Source of the DNA: Takakia lepidozioides
Taxonomy: Eukaryota > Plantae > Bryophyta
Assembly (NCBI GenBank): GCA_030704615.1
Contig: CM060731.1
Span: forward strand, 38,998,001 to 39,062,000
Reading direction: 5' to 3'
Length of the DNA stretch: 64,000 nucleotides
Part shown: positions 14,201 through 27,830 of the stretch, one piece after another
Layout of the letters: the number at the start of each line of letters is the position of its first letter
How positions within the stretch are numbered: position 1 is the first letter of the stretch
Position numbers and translations under genes: made by a program
Notes under the pieces: generated by a model
What the model was told of the DNA's origin: nothing
Database searches by the model: none
The model's input: only the letters and a program-made list of their open reading frames with translations

Positions 14201-14209
14201 AAAATTCAT
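8204..14209 (-). CDS. TRIPP: Plant-specific protein resembling TRAPP-interacting plant protein (At3g17900-like); about 10 exons
   Basis: Spliced frames give MNFLLR..., LDRPFIFPGEQFHI, SHFFVRI, EVLQFEQY, DPMEGLLQWLLPLD, GLLSFRG..LEPQRFSAHCGLQGPYVPGKRWKRKL, TWRPRPPRDLLLSVA, CTHLWLQSTVPLG, LLPLTSGIITLDTL, YIPENSL...SSIANGIS*. Family recognised from memory; the symbol needs BLAST confirmation. Confidence 0.75.
13043..13607 (+). mobile_element. 5'-truncated non-LTR retrotransposon (C-terminal CCHC zinc knuckle, RTE/RTEX/I-like) in intron 1 of the TRIPP-like gene
   Basis: ORF reads KLRAGSLPL...CPLCGQSEDSIHFLIHC; 17-bp TSD TCTAAATGTGATGAAAA at 13026-13042 and 13608-13624. Confidence 0.85.
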
Positions 14210-16472
14210 TGTGTCTTGAATCCCTGAGCTCAGAAGCAGACGGGAGGAGGACTATACGATTGTGCCTGATGTGATTTCCAACCCCGAGCCTCCATCTCTC
14301 CAGCACTTCCAACGCAGAAACAAAGCCTTCTTACAATGCCAATGAGGACACCTCTAAAAATGCTTTGCGGTGGTAACAGATCCACAGCTATACTTTCACA
14401 GTTGACGTGGTCTCAGACCGCCAGCCTGCATCTCGCCAGCCCTTCCAATTCGGACACAAAAAACTTCACACAGTAAGGAAACGATCTCTGCGCGGAGGTA
14501 AAAGATCTGTATATTGACACTTTCTGCCCTTACCTCCTGTGAAGATGCTCACGAAGGCTGATTTCTGATCACAACCACGCCAAATTCTCACTCGAATCTC
14601 TATGAAGTGGTGTATAGCGAGTCGCGATATACAAAAAGCCTTCTGCGTTCAGCTCCTGTAAATCGCACAAATGGATGCCGATGAAAATGCCTCCAAATGC
14701 TAACGAGCATTTGTATGAAGTTTCAGAATATTTTTACAGCTACACTACGAACATCCTATCTGCATCTCGCTTGTGTACATCGCTTGGATGCTCACCAAGT
14801 CTAACTGTGGATCCGAGAGAGAGATATTGAGGCAATGAGAGACGAAGGGGACGCACTTCGGGGACTTCTTAGAAACGAAGAAAGCTCAGAATTAGGGTTT
14901 TAGCAGAGTGATAGATGAATGACATCCATGGTGAATATCTCATCTATTCAACGTAGTGAGTAGATGAAAGAATAGCAGTGTGATAGATGAATGACGAATA
15001 GATGAAAGGTAAATATCTCATCTATTCAACGTAGTGAAGAAGGTGCCGAGTGCGACGAGGAGGAGGACGGGAGAGGAAAACGGCGCGCGTCACGTGCTCG
15101 ATTCCCTTTCTCATGCTCTCCTGCCTGCCTGCTCTTTTGTTGCTATCTACTTACATTGTGCTGGATCGATCGACGTCGTCTTGCGCTGGATTGCTCGTCT
15201 CACTGATGCTCTGCTCTACCTCATGCACTGGAGTTGGTGTTTCCTCGCTCTCTGTTCTCATGTCACTGAATCGTCTACGGCTCTGAGCAGACATTACAAT
15301 TGAAACGGAAGAGCAGGGAAGAGAGGACAGAAAAACTGAATTGGGTTGTGTATCCTGCACGATGTGTGTCATTTTTGGCTGGCTGTATCTTGTACAGTCC
15401 TATAAAATGTTATTACAGCAGAACCTCATGTGGGCGTAAAGCACAAATATATAAAAATGCAAGGTGCGAGTCAACCTCGAAGTGGGAATTCCAGGGATGA
15501 TCAACAGAGGCGTGGTTTGGGACTGTTGCGGACCTAATAGATCTATCTAGGGTTTTGTAGGGTTTCTGCTTCTCCAAGCTTTCATCGAAGCCTGTTGGGT
15601 TGGCTGCAGCGGAGGAATCAGAAATGGCATTTGTTGAGAAAGTGGTTGAGACGCTGGGAATATCTTACCCGTGATTTTCTGGAGGAGATTGGGCTTTCCG
15701 GTGCCATCTCCAAAACCAGAGCTCAGCTGATCAGCAACAGGTTTCAGGATGTAATTGAGGCCTGTGATCCAAAAGTGATGTATGTGCATTGAAAGTTGGG
15801 CAATGGACAAGACACGGAGTGTAATTCACCAGAGGTTTGCAATTGGAAAGATTGGCTGGCTAGTTTGAACTGCTGAATAATCGTGTTGAGCAGGCAGACG
15901 TATTTGTCATTTTGTGGTAACCACTCACAATCAGTCAGTTTCTCTAATTTTCTCAAGCGAGAAGCTTCAAGAGGAATCCCCTGTTGGCATTAGGGGTTTT
16001 AATTTTTCAACGTTAGGGTTTTAATGTCTACACAGTCACGTTCTGAAGCCGGGTGGCTTTTGAGAGGCTTGTCTTCGATGGTTGCTGGGTTTGGCGATGC
16101 GGACTGATTTTGTAATCCTTCTTGAAGAGAGACACTCTTGTCCAAATGGAGGAGACAGAGAGTAGTGATGGAGGAGGGTGAGATGGAACACATGTGGGCG
16201 GGCTGGTCGCCCAATCTAAGTTTGCTTCATTCGATGATCTAGAGTAACTCCTCTTCAATTCTCACCTGGTAGTTCAGAGAGGAGTGCAAAGTGATGTACT
16301 TAAGTGGTGTGGGAAGCATTGTCTGAGTAATTTGAATGGAGGTTGAAGGGAGAGGGTTGGGATTTCCAGTGCATACCCTCAACTCGGGTTTCAATTCTAG
16401 TTCGAGGGTTTAAATTTTTGTGGGAGAGATTATGAAAGACAACTGGTGAGAGTTGGAAAGTTGTTTGGGGCC
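14210..16472. promoter_or_regulatory. Divergent promoter/5'UTR region shared by the TRIPP-like gene and MED14
   Basis: ATGs at 14209 (-) and 16473 (+). Telo-box TAGGGTTT at 14893, 15548, 15558 and 16014; G-box CACGTG at 15091. Function inferred from position only. Confidence 0.45.
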
Positions 16473-19400
16473 ATGGCTGACCCACCAGGGCAGCAGACAG
16501 TAGATTTTTCTGTGCTTGTGAGAAAGGCCGCGGAAGCATCATTCTCAAGCCTGAAAGAGCTGTGTGAGAATGCCCCAGAGCTGTCTGATTCGGAGAGGAA
16601 GATCAGACTTCTGAAGTACATTCTAAAAACCCGGCAGCGGCTGCTTCGCATTCTTGTTCTCTCCAAGTGGTGTCGGCAGGTCAGAAATGCAGGGTCCTTC
16701 CTCCTGCCTGTTACTCTGTCTTTCCTTGTGACTACTGTTATGGCAGGAAAATATTGGGCAAAAGTGTGCCTCATTGCACGTCATTCCCAGCCTAAAAATA
16801 TTTTTCCCTGCTCTATTTGATATGCTCTAAAATGTGTCTGGAAATTTTTGGGCATGAAACTTGGTACAAATGATTGAGTGCTTTTCTAGCTATGACTGTA
16901 GCCTGTTCGGTGACTCAGGGGATGATTTTCTTGAGCACATGCTGCAGAGGCATATATTTTGTATGATGGGTAAGGCAGGCTTAGGTCAGCGCATATAACT
17001 GATCAAGTATGTCATGTGCAAAGTGAAGGGAGTTTCTCTCATTTGTGGGTATAGTGCCTCTGTCAAGCCTGTTAGGGTTGTTGATCTGGAAAGTGTATTG
17101 AATGTAGAAATGACCCTTAGTGTTCAAGCAGAAAAGATGAATGTTCTCGTGCTGTTTTTGCAGCTGTTGACTTGTTATGGCAGTGGTTCCTACAGAAATG
17201 CCCTCCTCATGATATCATTGGAGCTGAAATGAACGATCTACATAAGTGTTTTGGGCACCTTTGATTAAAACAACAAACTTCCGAGAATTTACAGATTTAA
17301 GCTGCCTAAGAGTTGGTCTGGTGTGCAGATTCCTTTGGTTGAGCGATGCCAACAGCTGGCAGGTACCCTGTCCAACCATGACACAAGCTTCACCCAAGCC
17401 GCTGACTTCCTCTTCTATCTCCATGACACCTTGCAACAAGCCCGTGCCCCAGTCTATGATATACCCACTGCAGCTGAGGTTTTGCTCACGGGGAGCTACA
17501 AGCGCCTACCCAAATGCATTGAGGACCTTGGGATGCAACCCTTGCTGGTTGGAGAGGAGAAAGAGGCCACCCTTCAGAAACTCGACACCATGCTCCGCTC
17601 TCGACTTCTGGATATCCTGTTGCCCAAGGAGCTCTCTGACATAACAGTTTCAGGCGGGCGAGTGATATTCCGGGCAGATGGTGAGTTTGAAGCACACCTC
17701 ACACTTGGGTACCGAGGCAATCTCTCTCTGTGGCGGGTCCTTTGGCTAGAGATCCTGGTGGGTGAAAGCTCAGGACCAACAGTTTTCACAGAACCCCAGC
17801 GATTGGCCCTGGGGGATGATTTGGAGCGCCGAATGGCTGCCTCAGACGACCCCCTTGGACTTCTATACTCAATTTTGCACCAATTCTGCACGGCCTTGGT
17901 TATGGACACTCTCTTCCGTCAAATCAAGATGCTGCAGGGGGGCAGGTGGAAGGATGCAATCAAGTACGAGAAGATATCAGACAATGGGGGAACAGGTGGT
18001 CTACAAGGAGGGGGCATTGGGCAGGGCACTGGTGGACAAGGGCCTCCAGGCGATGGTGACACAGACCCTGGTGTGCCAGAAAAAACCCGGGGGTCACCAG
18101 GCCTTAAGATTGTCTACTGGCTGGAGTTGCAAAAGGGTGACACTTTGCCAAGCTTGAGGATTGAGCCGAGTGCTGACCATCAAATTGTTTGCTCACATTG
18201 TCCACCTGTAATTGACCCAATTACAGACACTGAAGCAAGTTTTGTGGTTGATCAAAGCTGCATCAACGTAGAGAAGTTGTTACTACGGGCAATTGCTTGC
18301 AATGTGCATTTACGACTATTGGAGGTGCAGCGAGGATTGAAGCTTGGCACCCAGCTATGTAGGGCAGACGGCGATGTTTTGTTGAGGAATACTATGTCTT
18401 CTGACGGTGAGATTGCCAATGAGGTGAATGTCAAAAACCTTATTTCATTGTCTTAGCATGATTGATACCCCTCTGTTCCTTTTCCTCAAGTCATGCTGGA
18501 AGATAGTGGTTGGTACAATTATGATATATGAGGACTTTTGGGGCTCGTGGTTCATTATATGACAAGTTGTTGAGCTACATCCATAGCTGGGCTCACCAAC
18601 TAGGGCTGAGTTGTTGACTACTCTGTATATGGGAGCTGGCCTGAGTGAAAACTGGTGGAGCTTCATCATGTGGAGCTGCCAGAACTCAAGCTCTAAAGGC
18701 ACTCTTGCCTATTTGTCCAGGAGAATGATGGAGAGGGTGATGCTGGTGAATCGGGAGGGGAAGTACTATGTGTCCGTGCATTTGGTGTCTCTTACATGGC
18801 CCTTGGTATTGGTATCAGGTTTTGAAACCTCCCCTGTACCAACTCTCCTCCTCTTTCTTTTCTAGTTCACAGTCAGATTGATGTCTTCCAGATTTGAATA
18901 TTCAACAACTTCTCTGCCACAAGTTCTGCTCACAAGTTGAATTGTACTATCCCCACTATGAATAATTTCTAGCACTGGACAGGTGTACAGGGAAAGATGT
19001 CCTTGGCCTACAATGATTTGAGAGTTATTGGTGTTATGTTGGGGACAGGAATGGACGCTTTTTGTTACGCTGTCCCAGCACACTGCTGGCAACTTCAGCA
19101 CTCACGGACATGGAAGATGGATTGAACCAGGGAACACTGGCCCCTTCTGATATGTTTCTCAATCTGCGTATCAAGTGCCTCCTGCATCTCTTAGCGTCCA
19201 TTGGGAGGTCATTAAACCTCCAGGTGACTCGCTCCCTTCAATCTAACTTGACTTTGGCCTTTCTAATTGATTGTTGTTCAATTGTCTTGGTGTGGGGACT
19301 AATGAAACAACTTTGCGTTGTTATTAATGTCTATGATACCTATATAACTTGCAGAATACTGTAAGCTCTTTTGCACAGAGATTCACCATCTTTCAACCAC

Positions 19401-22400
19401 TATTGCTAAGCTACCACGGTCATCATGGTCACAATAAGCTATATTCATATTGCACCTCAGTCACAACTGAGTCTTCTCCCTTTATATGGACTTATATGGA
19501 CATATCTTCCACCTTATGTGGTAGATCTAACCTGTGCTGGATTTGGCAGCCGTATGACAGAGGTGCGCTATCTCTAAAGATTCCTTCTGATGGTCCAAAG
19601 CTCGCGACTGACTCCCTGGTACTGGGATTCCCTTACTGTGGGGATTCTTACTTCCTTTCTCTTCAATTGGATGAGAACTTTGCACCTCTGTTCATGCTGT
19701 TGGAAGCTCAGCCCCGGTCGCTCTCTGGGCGGGGAACCGTCACTTCTAGTCCCGCCAACATTATCCGGTGGACAAAGATTGACATTGAATCAATGCCAGT
19801 TTGGAGAGCGGACGCCAGCTTCAGTCTGTTGGACTCGGATGGTCTTGAGGATAAGGAGAGTGTTGGAAACGTCATAGCCAGGCGGTTGGATCACACGGGA
19901 GGTGGAAAACGGGATGTTTGGGTCCCCAATATTAGAGACCAAAGCAGGGAAGGCACGAGGGCCACTATGGGCATAGAGGGTGTGCAAACTGGTTTTGGTT
20001 CTCTGGCGGACCGGGTTTTTGGGGTGCAGAGAGGAGGGCCTGGCTCCCCTGTTGCAGCATCTCCTAGAGGCAACACCTTCCCATCTAACCTGCAGAGTGC
20101 CAGTTCACCAGGTCAGCAATTTGGGGGTGGGGCCTTTGGAATGAATGGCAATTTTGCTTCAGCAACTTCTGCCCTCACAAACACCACCTTCCTTCAGGGG
20201 AAGTCGTCAATAGGGGGCACAATGTTTGGGGTGTTTGAAGGAAATCACAGAGCCGGTCGCATTGGACTGCCCAGTGGGCCAGCAAGTCCCAGTCTGCCAG
20301 CAGCCAGCCCTTCCCGGAGTCCCATAGATATTCGAAATGCCTCACTCCATCGGACGTCACCTGCTTCAGTCAGGTCGCCTTTGCGTACAGATCAGGAACT
20401 CATGCAGCCCAAATCGTCTTTTAACCTTGGGTACAATGCGGCGTCTCCCATAGATCTGGATGATGAAGATCTCTCAAAACTAATTGACTCTATCTCTTCC
20501 AAGACTACAGCACCACCACCCAATGCATCTGTCGCATTCCCAATTGCAGATGCAGGGACAGTTTTGCCTTTACGGCAGGTGCGGCCTTTCTTGCAGCCAA
20601 GAAATTTGTCAGGAGCAACAAATGCCAGGCCTTCCCTCTCCAAAGGACTGCCTTTGCAGGGTTCCCAAGTGCCACGTGCTACAGGGCAGCCAGTTCGAGC
20701 GAATTCAACTGCATGGAAACCAACTGTATCTTTGCCAGTTTCATGGGCCACAGAGACAGCTTCCAGCATACCAGAAATTGATCGCTCCTCACAACCTGGA
20801 AGGACAGGGATGCCCTCATCAACACAAGGATCTTCTGTCCGTGGTACTTACAACTCTTTTTATCCCTGTTGTACAGTGCTTTAAACAATCAATCTGCAGT
20901 ACACCAGTCCTGGGGGTAAGCACCAAAGATAATCATGCACTGTGGCTTCTTCATCTGTTTGTATCTCATTGCTCACAACTGATCTTGCCTGAATCACAGT
21001 CTGACATGCAATTGATAAGCAAAATTGTTTTCCTTCTCACCAAGTAAAACTGTCATGGACCTGTTAGTTGAAAAATTGTCTGTGCAGGTGCTTCTGAGAG
21101 AACAGCAGCCGGTACTCACAAGCGCAAACGGTCCATTTCAGAGCTTTTCCAGTCACTTCCCACCTTGCAAACAGTATCAGCACCTGCGGGAAAGTCAAAG
21201 AGGAGGAGGACAAATCTTGAGAATAGCCAATTAGCTGCCGGGCTTTTATCTCACAATTCAACACCTGTTATGGAGTCCTTCGTTGGCCAATCCTATGCCA
21301 GTGTCATTGCAGCAGCGAATGAGGGAAAGGCCCCGCCAGGTGCCTACCGAGCTGTACTTTTGCAAGTTGTCCGGCGTTGCTGGCTTTGTATTAAATATGC
21401 ACGCCTAACTTGCCAAATGGATGCCCTTGGCATTCCTTATGTTATGGAAGTGGGTCTTCGGGGTCCCTCCACTGTTCTACGCTTCCGTCTTCCAGCCACA
21501 GTGCCCACTGGAGATGCCCGAACTCGAGAGATTGGCAGTGATGAAGCTTATGGGTGGCAGCAGATGTCTCTGTCTTTTGGAAGGGCTGGTAGTGATGGGT
21601 GGGATGTTGCAATTACCGATGCCCATTTCAGGGGCCTCTGGGATCTTCAGAGGCAGCGCAGTGGGATAGCTGGCACCGGGAGTGTCCAGTTTGCAAGTCC
21701 TCCGCAGGATGATGCTCATATGCAGTGTACTCACAACGGGTTGCTGTTAAGGTATCCAGCTGTTGAGGAAGACAGTATCAAGAAATTGGTTTGTGATCTA
21801 GAGCGACTGTGGCGGGCGCGTGCATTTGCAATAGGCATCAGGAAGCTTTTGGAAAGAAGGGGGGAAGAGAAGGGTGAGGGAGGTGGAGAGAAGTTGTTGA
21901 AATCCCAGAGAGAAGTCGGTCAGACCACCAAAAGATCAGCCACGGGGGAAAGAACTGAGGAGGGAGAGAAGAAGTGGGAGGTCATGCGGCGGGCTTTTAG
22001 GGTGGAGGCCACTGGCCTCACAAGTGTATCGTTTACTTATGTAGGGCCCATGCAAGGTGTGATGGCACGGTTTGTTGTTGAGTGGGGAGTTAACCACAGA
22101 GGTTGCACTGTGCATTCACCAGAGCAACTATGGCCTCACACAAAGGTCATTATTCATTTATCTCTTTCCCAATCAGAGTGCCTGCCAGTGGTGCTGTTAT
22201 CAGTATTGTCACAATTTATATTACCAATTGAGTGCCAGTGTGCATAATTAGTATCTCTCAGTTTCGTTTTTGTTTTGGCTTATCTAGGTTCTTGTATCTT
22301 CCATGTGGGATGGTGTCAGTTGCAAAATCCTTTTACACTCACCTAGGGGGGGTTGGACATGGGGTGTTATGGTCTTACGACTTGGCATCTCTCTCTCAAT

Positions 22401-25400
22401 GGCCACAAGGCTACGGCAAACAACGTCTTATGAGTACAATCTCTCTGCTTTTTCTGAAGTGGTCAATGCAAATTGTGTTCTCCACAAGGTCTTTAGTCAT
22501 CTTTAGTTTTTTTCTTTGTTTCTCTTAATTCTGAGATAGCTTGTGTAATAAAAGATAGCAAGCATGGCATGGGTTCTTCAAAGGCTGCAGGAAGCACAGG
22601 CATTGGACAGATTAGGCTGCTAGCAGCGTCGTCTTTCCTCCTGTCTGGGTTCTCCCTCTCTTTTGTGTGCACGAATTACACGCAGCAGATCTATGTTTCC
22701 AAGATAGGATGGTGGTGATTTCTTTTTTTAAGCAACTGCGCACCCAGTTTTTTAATGCCAAATATATGATAATCTGCCAAGACTTCCATGATATGGTTTC
22801 TACCTTTGAATGTTGTTTGTCTCAACCCTATATTGACTGCTCTGTGGATGTACCATATGCAGTATTTGGAGGACTACATCAATGGTGGAGAGGTGGAGCT
22901 TCTGCTGGATGCAATACAAGTCACTGCTGGACCTTTGCATGCACTTGCAGCAGCCATCCGTCCAGCACGCATGCTGGGTCATGTTCCTTCCGCTGTTCCA
23001 GCTGTTATTATCCCCTCTGTCACTCCAGCTGCAGCCTTGACTGCAAAACCTGCAAGCAGTGCAGCTTTACTGCTGGGATCCATTGGCACTGGCATTTCAA
23101 CACCCTCCACAACAGGCCAATCAAGACAAATAAATGTTGGGGGCACACCAGCTACTGCTGTGGGAAGTACTAACAGCGTCAGTGCAATGGTGTCTGCTCA
23201 AACTGGGGCTATTGCCTCAGGGCCTGGCAGAGGCCCTGGGCCGGGCCTTGTGCCCAGCTCTCTCTTGCCTACTGATGTTTCTGTCTTGCTTCGGTCACCT
23301 TACTGGGTTCGTATAGTGTACAGGCGGCAATTTGCAATTGACATGCGATGCTTTGCCGGGGACCAGGTGTGGCTGCAACCTGCCCCACCCCCTCGCAGTG
23401 GTGGACCTGCGGCTGGGGGCTCCCTTCCCTGTCCTCAGTTTCGCACCTTTGTTATGGAACATGTCGCGCTGGGTTTGAATAGCACAGAAACTGTTGTAGG
23501 AGGAGGGCCAAGTTCAACGCCAGCAATGGGGGCTGTCCAGCCAGCTCTCTCAGGGTCTTCAACCCGTGGGAGCAGCTTGCCTGTGGGAGGTTCTCGGGCT
23601 GTCAATCAAGGGGCAGTGCTTGTGAATCGAGTGGGGAGCAATGTAGGTATGCAAGGGGGGCCTGCTGTTCCTGCAGCCATGGTGAGCCCAGCCTCAAGGG
23701 GTGCGGCTGCTAATCCAAGCTTAGGGAGTAGCCTTGGGTTAAGAGGTGAGTTGAACCCAGCTCTCTTTGGAATGGGTGACGATGGTGGATATGGTGGTGC
23801 TTGGGTGCCCCTAGCTGCTCTAAAGAAAGTGCTCCGGGGAACACTGCGCTACCTGGGAGTGTTGTGGCTATTTGCCCAATTTCCTACTATTTTGAAGGAG
23901 GTATTGGGCTCCATTATGCGGGAAAATGAAGGCGCATTGCTTAATCATGATCCAGAGCAACCTGCACTACGCTTCTTCATTGGGTACCTACGCCTGCCTT
24001 TCAAGTTACTGCTGTCCTCTTAGGATGTGTTATTAGTTGCGTAATGAGTCGCAGCAATATTTACTGTCAAGTGTTTGCTGGCTTTGCCTTTGTGCGGAAC
24101 AGCCTTTGTTTGACAGAAAGCATACACTCCTGCAAGTTAAGACCATGTTGCACTTGAACGTGTATTTAGTTGTTATTCTTGATAGTGCAATGCTACTGTA
24201 CAGTCCAATACTCCTAGTCATTCTCACTGCCTCACCTGTCACAATGTCACGCCATTATTCATTGCTGTATGGCTGTCCAGTGACAACCTTACTAAAGGGT
24301 GTAATCCGGATCATGTGCTTGTGTGAAAACTGGACGTTAGCTTTTGTAAGACCAATCAAAGAGCCGCAGTTGAGTTGCTTAGACCAGTGTTTTTGTCCGA
24401 TGCAGAGGTTGTGTGTTTGCAGTGAGCATGCATCGGCAGCAGCTATATCTGCAAGCAATAAATGTGAAGCGCTACCAGCAGCACCAAGCTCACGCAGCCC
24501 AACACGGGCCAGGTCAGGGTGGAAACTCCGCATCAGAACTATCCACTTTGGAAATGACAGATATTGGGGATTTTTTTGCGCGTCGCGTGGCTTCGGAGCC
24601 CTATGATGCATCACGCCTGGCATCTTTTGTCACAATGTTGACACTCCCAGTCCATGTTCTGCGCGAGTTTCTTGGACTCATCTCATGGAAGAAAGAAGCC
24701 CTCAAAGTACATGACACCACCGTCCTCTCCTCCCACCCCCTGGGTCCCTGCCTCCTTATATTCTCAGGCACAATGACATTCAGTCACTTATAGCTGGGCT
24801 TATATGCAGTCTGGTGTAAATGAGTGTTTTTGTCATTGGAGTCCTGCAAGTTACACTAATGTATTATAGCTGAAAGGCTTTTGCCTCTTGTGGCTTCGTT
24901 ATTCTGATAGAAGGTGTGTTTGATGTTGAAGGCAAGTGGGGCAGCACAAGGCTCTGCTGGTGAAGGGGGTGCACAAGTCCTGCCCCCTCGGCACCGGGTG
25001 GAACTCAGTCTTGAAAGCCAAACAGGATCAGTTGGATGGGATGCTGGTATTTCACACCATGAAGAGGGAGGCCATGTTCCGGGGGGCCTGGCTGGAAGTG
25101 CAAAGACGAGAAGCAGCATCCGTCACAATCGCCCACGGAGTACGGTTGAGTTCACTCTCACTATCTTTTTTGATTCCTCCCAGGTGCCTAACTCGAACGT
25201 GGCAGGGGGAGCGGGATGGCTCCCTCAGTCAGTTGCCATACGACTGTGGTATGTGTTTGCCGATGTGGGGAGAGTTTCTCTGATTGGGATGGAGGGGAGC
25301 CACGGCGGAAGAGCATGTTGGGTTCGATCTGATGACTGGGATCGGTGCAAGGAAAGAGTGTTGCGCGCAGTTGAGCTTGCGGGTGGAAGCAGTGGGGGGG

Positions 25401-25489
25401 AAGGCCAGGGGCGGGTCAAGGCTGTTGCTGAGGCAGTCCAATTGGCTCTGCAGTCTGCTCTCCAGCAGCTTGGTAAAGGTGTGCACTAA
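16473..25489 (+). CDS. MED14: Mediator of RNA polymerase II transcription subunit 14 (SWP-like); about 9 exons
   Basis: GQQTVDFSVLV...LSDSERKIRLLKYILKTRQRLLRILVLSKWCRQ|IPLV..CQQLAGTLSNHDTSFTQAADFLF...ARAPVYDIP; later LWPHTK|YLEDYINGGEV..LLDAI, SLLPTDVSVLLRSPYW, GDDGGYGGAWVPLAALKKVLRG, FARRVASEPYDASRLASF, GMEGSHGGRACW. Confidence 0.93.
22396..22438 (+). mobile_element. Extremely truncated 3' tail of the same LINE family as 13043-13607, in a MED14 intron
   Basis: TCAATGGCCACAAGGCTACGGCAAACAACGTCTTATGAGTACA matches 13564-13606 with 2 mismatches; flanked by ATCTCTCT on both sides (possible TSD). Confidence 0.65.
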
Positions 25490-26763
25490 GTTCTTTCTCA
25501 CCTTATCATTTCGCCCTACAGATGCTGCCGCTGCAGCCTAGTGAAGGAGTTCTCCATGAGTGAGGTCGTGGGGTCTGTGAGAGAGATGTAGTGGAGTATT
25601 TCTTAGACTCTGCTTTCTGTAGTGTGCAAGGCAAAATCCTCTCCCCTGGGTTGAGTGCCATAGGAAGAGAAGACTGGGACAGTTTGGAGGGGAGAAGATA
25701 ATGGAATGGTGAAACTACTTTGCTGCAGGCTTGCTTTGGTAGCCAGATTATGTTAGTTGAAATCAATCTGGCCCTCGTTCTACAGGGACAGCATTGGCGA
25801 CAAGGCAACCTGCTTGGAGTGCAAATTCCGTGCAAGGGATGTCAGCAGGAAAATTGCAGTGGTAGATACATTTGCTACCCACATTGTGAGGTAGTGTTCA
25901 GAATTTTGCAAGTGTTTTCAGGCATGCATAGCTGTGAGAGCTGAAGACCTTTGTACAATTGTTTGCCTGCTTCATGTCCTACCCTGTAGGACCCAGAAGC
26001 ACTGGATTGAACGTCTTGGGGGACCCCTTTGTGAAGTGAAGAGATGCCCTCTGTAATACTTGTGTGACTTCAATCCTTGGAAACTAAAGGGTGGCAGATA
26101 TATCGCCCTTAATGTCCAATTCTCTACTATGCAAAGTCCATCAAAAGAATTCATCGTTCATCATCATTATCAAAATCACCTTTCGAGCATTTGATAACAA
26201 TGATTAAGAACAGATTTCTGTGATTCAACTGTCAGAAGGGACTGCTTGAGCATTCCTGTTTCAGGTCAAGATTTGTCTTGGTACTGGTTTGAATCCCCAC
26301 AGCTACTATACTGGACGAATCAGCTTCCCTAAAAGAGGATCCATCTTTTAGCCATCTCAATATTGTTATTGGCAGTCATGTGAAGGTATTTGTATTTTGG
26401 CGGAAATCACACAACTTACAAGTTAATTCTTGAAAAGTGAAATATTAGTGGATAATAGGACAACCCGTTGCAACACGATCGCATGTAGACGATTTCTTTT
26501 ATGTCTGAACATGGTAGCCAAATTGGTTTCAAGTCTCGCCTTCTGCTTCCTATTGTGAAGCGCAAAACCCAATATCCTTGCATCTTTGTCTCGGAAATTT
26601 AGTGGATGGTTATGTACATTTGGGAACGGATCGCCTTCAATATACCATATATTACACCCTTTTTGTAGTGAAAGATGAGTCAAAGAAGCAACTGGAGGAT
26701 CTCAAAGATAGGCATGTATTAGCCGGTTAGTAGAAATTAGTTTGAAAAAAAAGTGCCTAATCA

Positions 26764-27830
26764 TTTTTTTTTAAGAAACAGGGGATAGTGGCCCTGGGAA
26801 ATTTATTGAAAAAGGTAAAATAGTACAGAGGGAGGAAAAAATAACCTCCAGGAAGGCCGTAAAGCGAACACCCAAAACCAGAAGGGACGGGGGAAAGCAG
26901 GGGAGGGCCTAATCAAAGGCACTAAGGAGGTAGTTGGAGAACAGTAATAAGAGAGAAGGTAGGATCCCACAAGGATTCCGAACAAGCAAATAAGCCTACC
27001 TAAAGCGATAAGGAGGAAGGGAGCTCTAAACAGTACAAACTTAGAACTACCCGAACAAAGTCAGGATTTCAATTGCCAAAATCTGGAAGCAGACATCTTG
27101 TTGTGCTTCCAGTTGATGTCAAGAGCGTCAGACTCAGTTGGTGACTTGCCAATCCCGGGGGAGGTCGTCATTCCAAGAGACTCAAGAATCAGAGAGCCTA
27201 GAGCAGAGGAGGTCGCCCTTAGCCCAGGTGAGATCGAATTCCAAGAGAAGCTATTGGCTCCTCCTTTCGCTGCACCTGCAGACACACCTTGCGCCCCTCA
27301 GTCATCAGATCTGAAAATAGTTTGTAAAGGATTAATCTGATGTTGGGGCGCTTCCCCTCAAAAATCAAACTACATCTAGCCTTCCAGATGGACCAGAGAG
27401 TGTGAGCTCTAAGACAAGCCAAGATCGGACAGTCGGAGCATATGGATCCATTATGCAGATTGAGTAACGTAATGGGAGCAGACAAGGTCGACAGCGGTTT
27501 CCAGTTAGAATAGAAGTTAGCCACCAAATGCCAAGCTCTAGTGGACAGCTGACAACCGATCAAGCAATGCTCTATGGTCTCCCTAGCACCACAATTGCAT
27601 ATAGTGCAGGAGGGGTCATGGTTGGGGAAAAAGATTGCGACAGGGAGAATTCGGTTGGCCAGCTTCTATAAAAATGCGCAAACCTTCGCTGAACGATGCT
27701 TGGCCCAAACATCCTTCCACACTCCGTTCCAGCCTTGGAACTGCATATCCATGTTCCATTTAGTGTTCCATTTGGCTGTGAAATTGGCATTCCCTAGGAG
27801 TAGCTTGTAACTTGTCTTTAGAGTATTTGC
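26764..27830 (-). mobile_element. 3' fragment of an L1-like LINE (zf-RVT region, 3'UTR, poly(A))
   Basis: Minus-strand frames WKDVWAKHRSAKVCAF..LANRILPV...CTICNCGARETIEHCLIGC...LWSIWKARCSLIFEG; T-run at 26764. The 3' motif ACAGGGGATAG.GGCCCTG...TTTATT is shared with 62601. Confidence 0.75.

Noticed and set aside
14893-16021. Telomeric repeats
   Set aside because: Isolated single TAGGGTTT units; these are telo-box-like promoter motifs, not an array.
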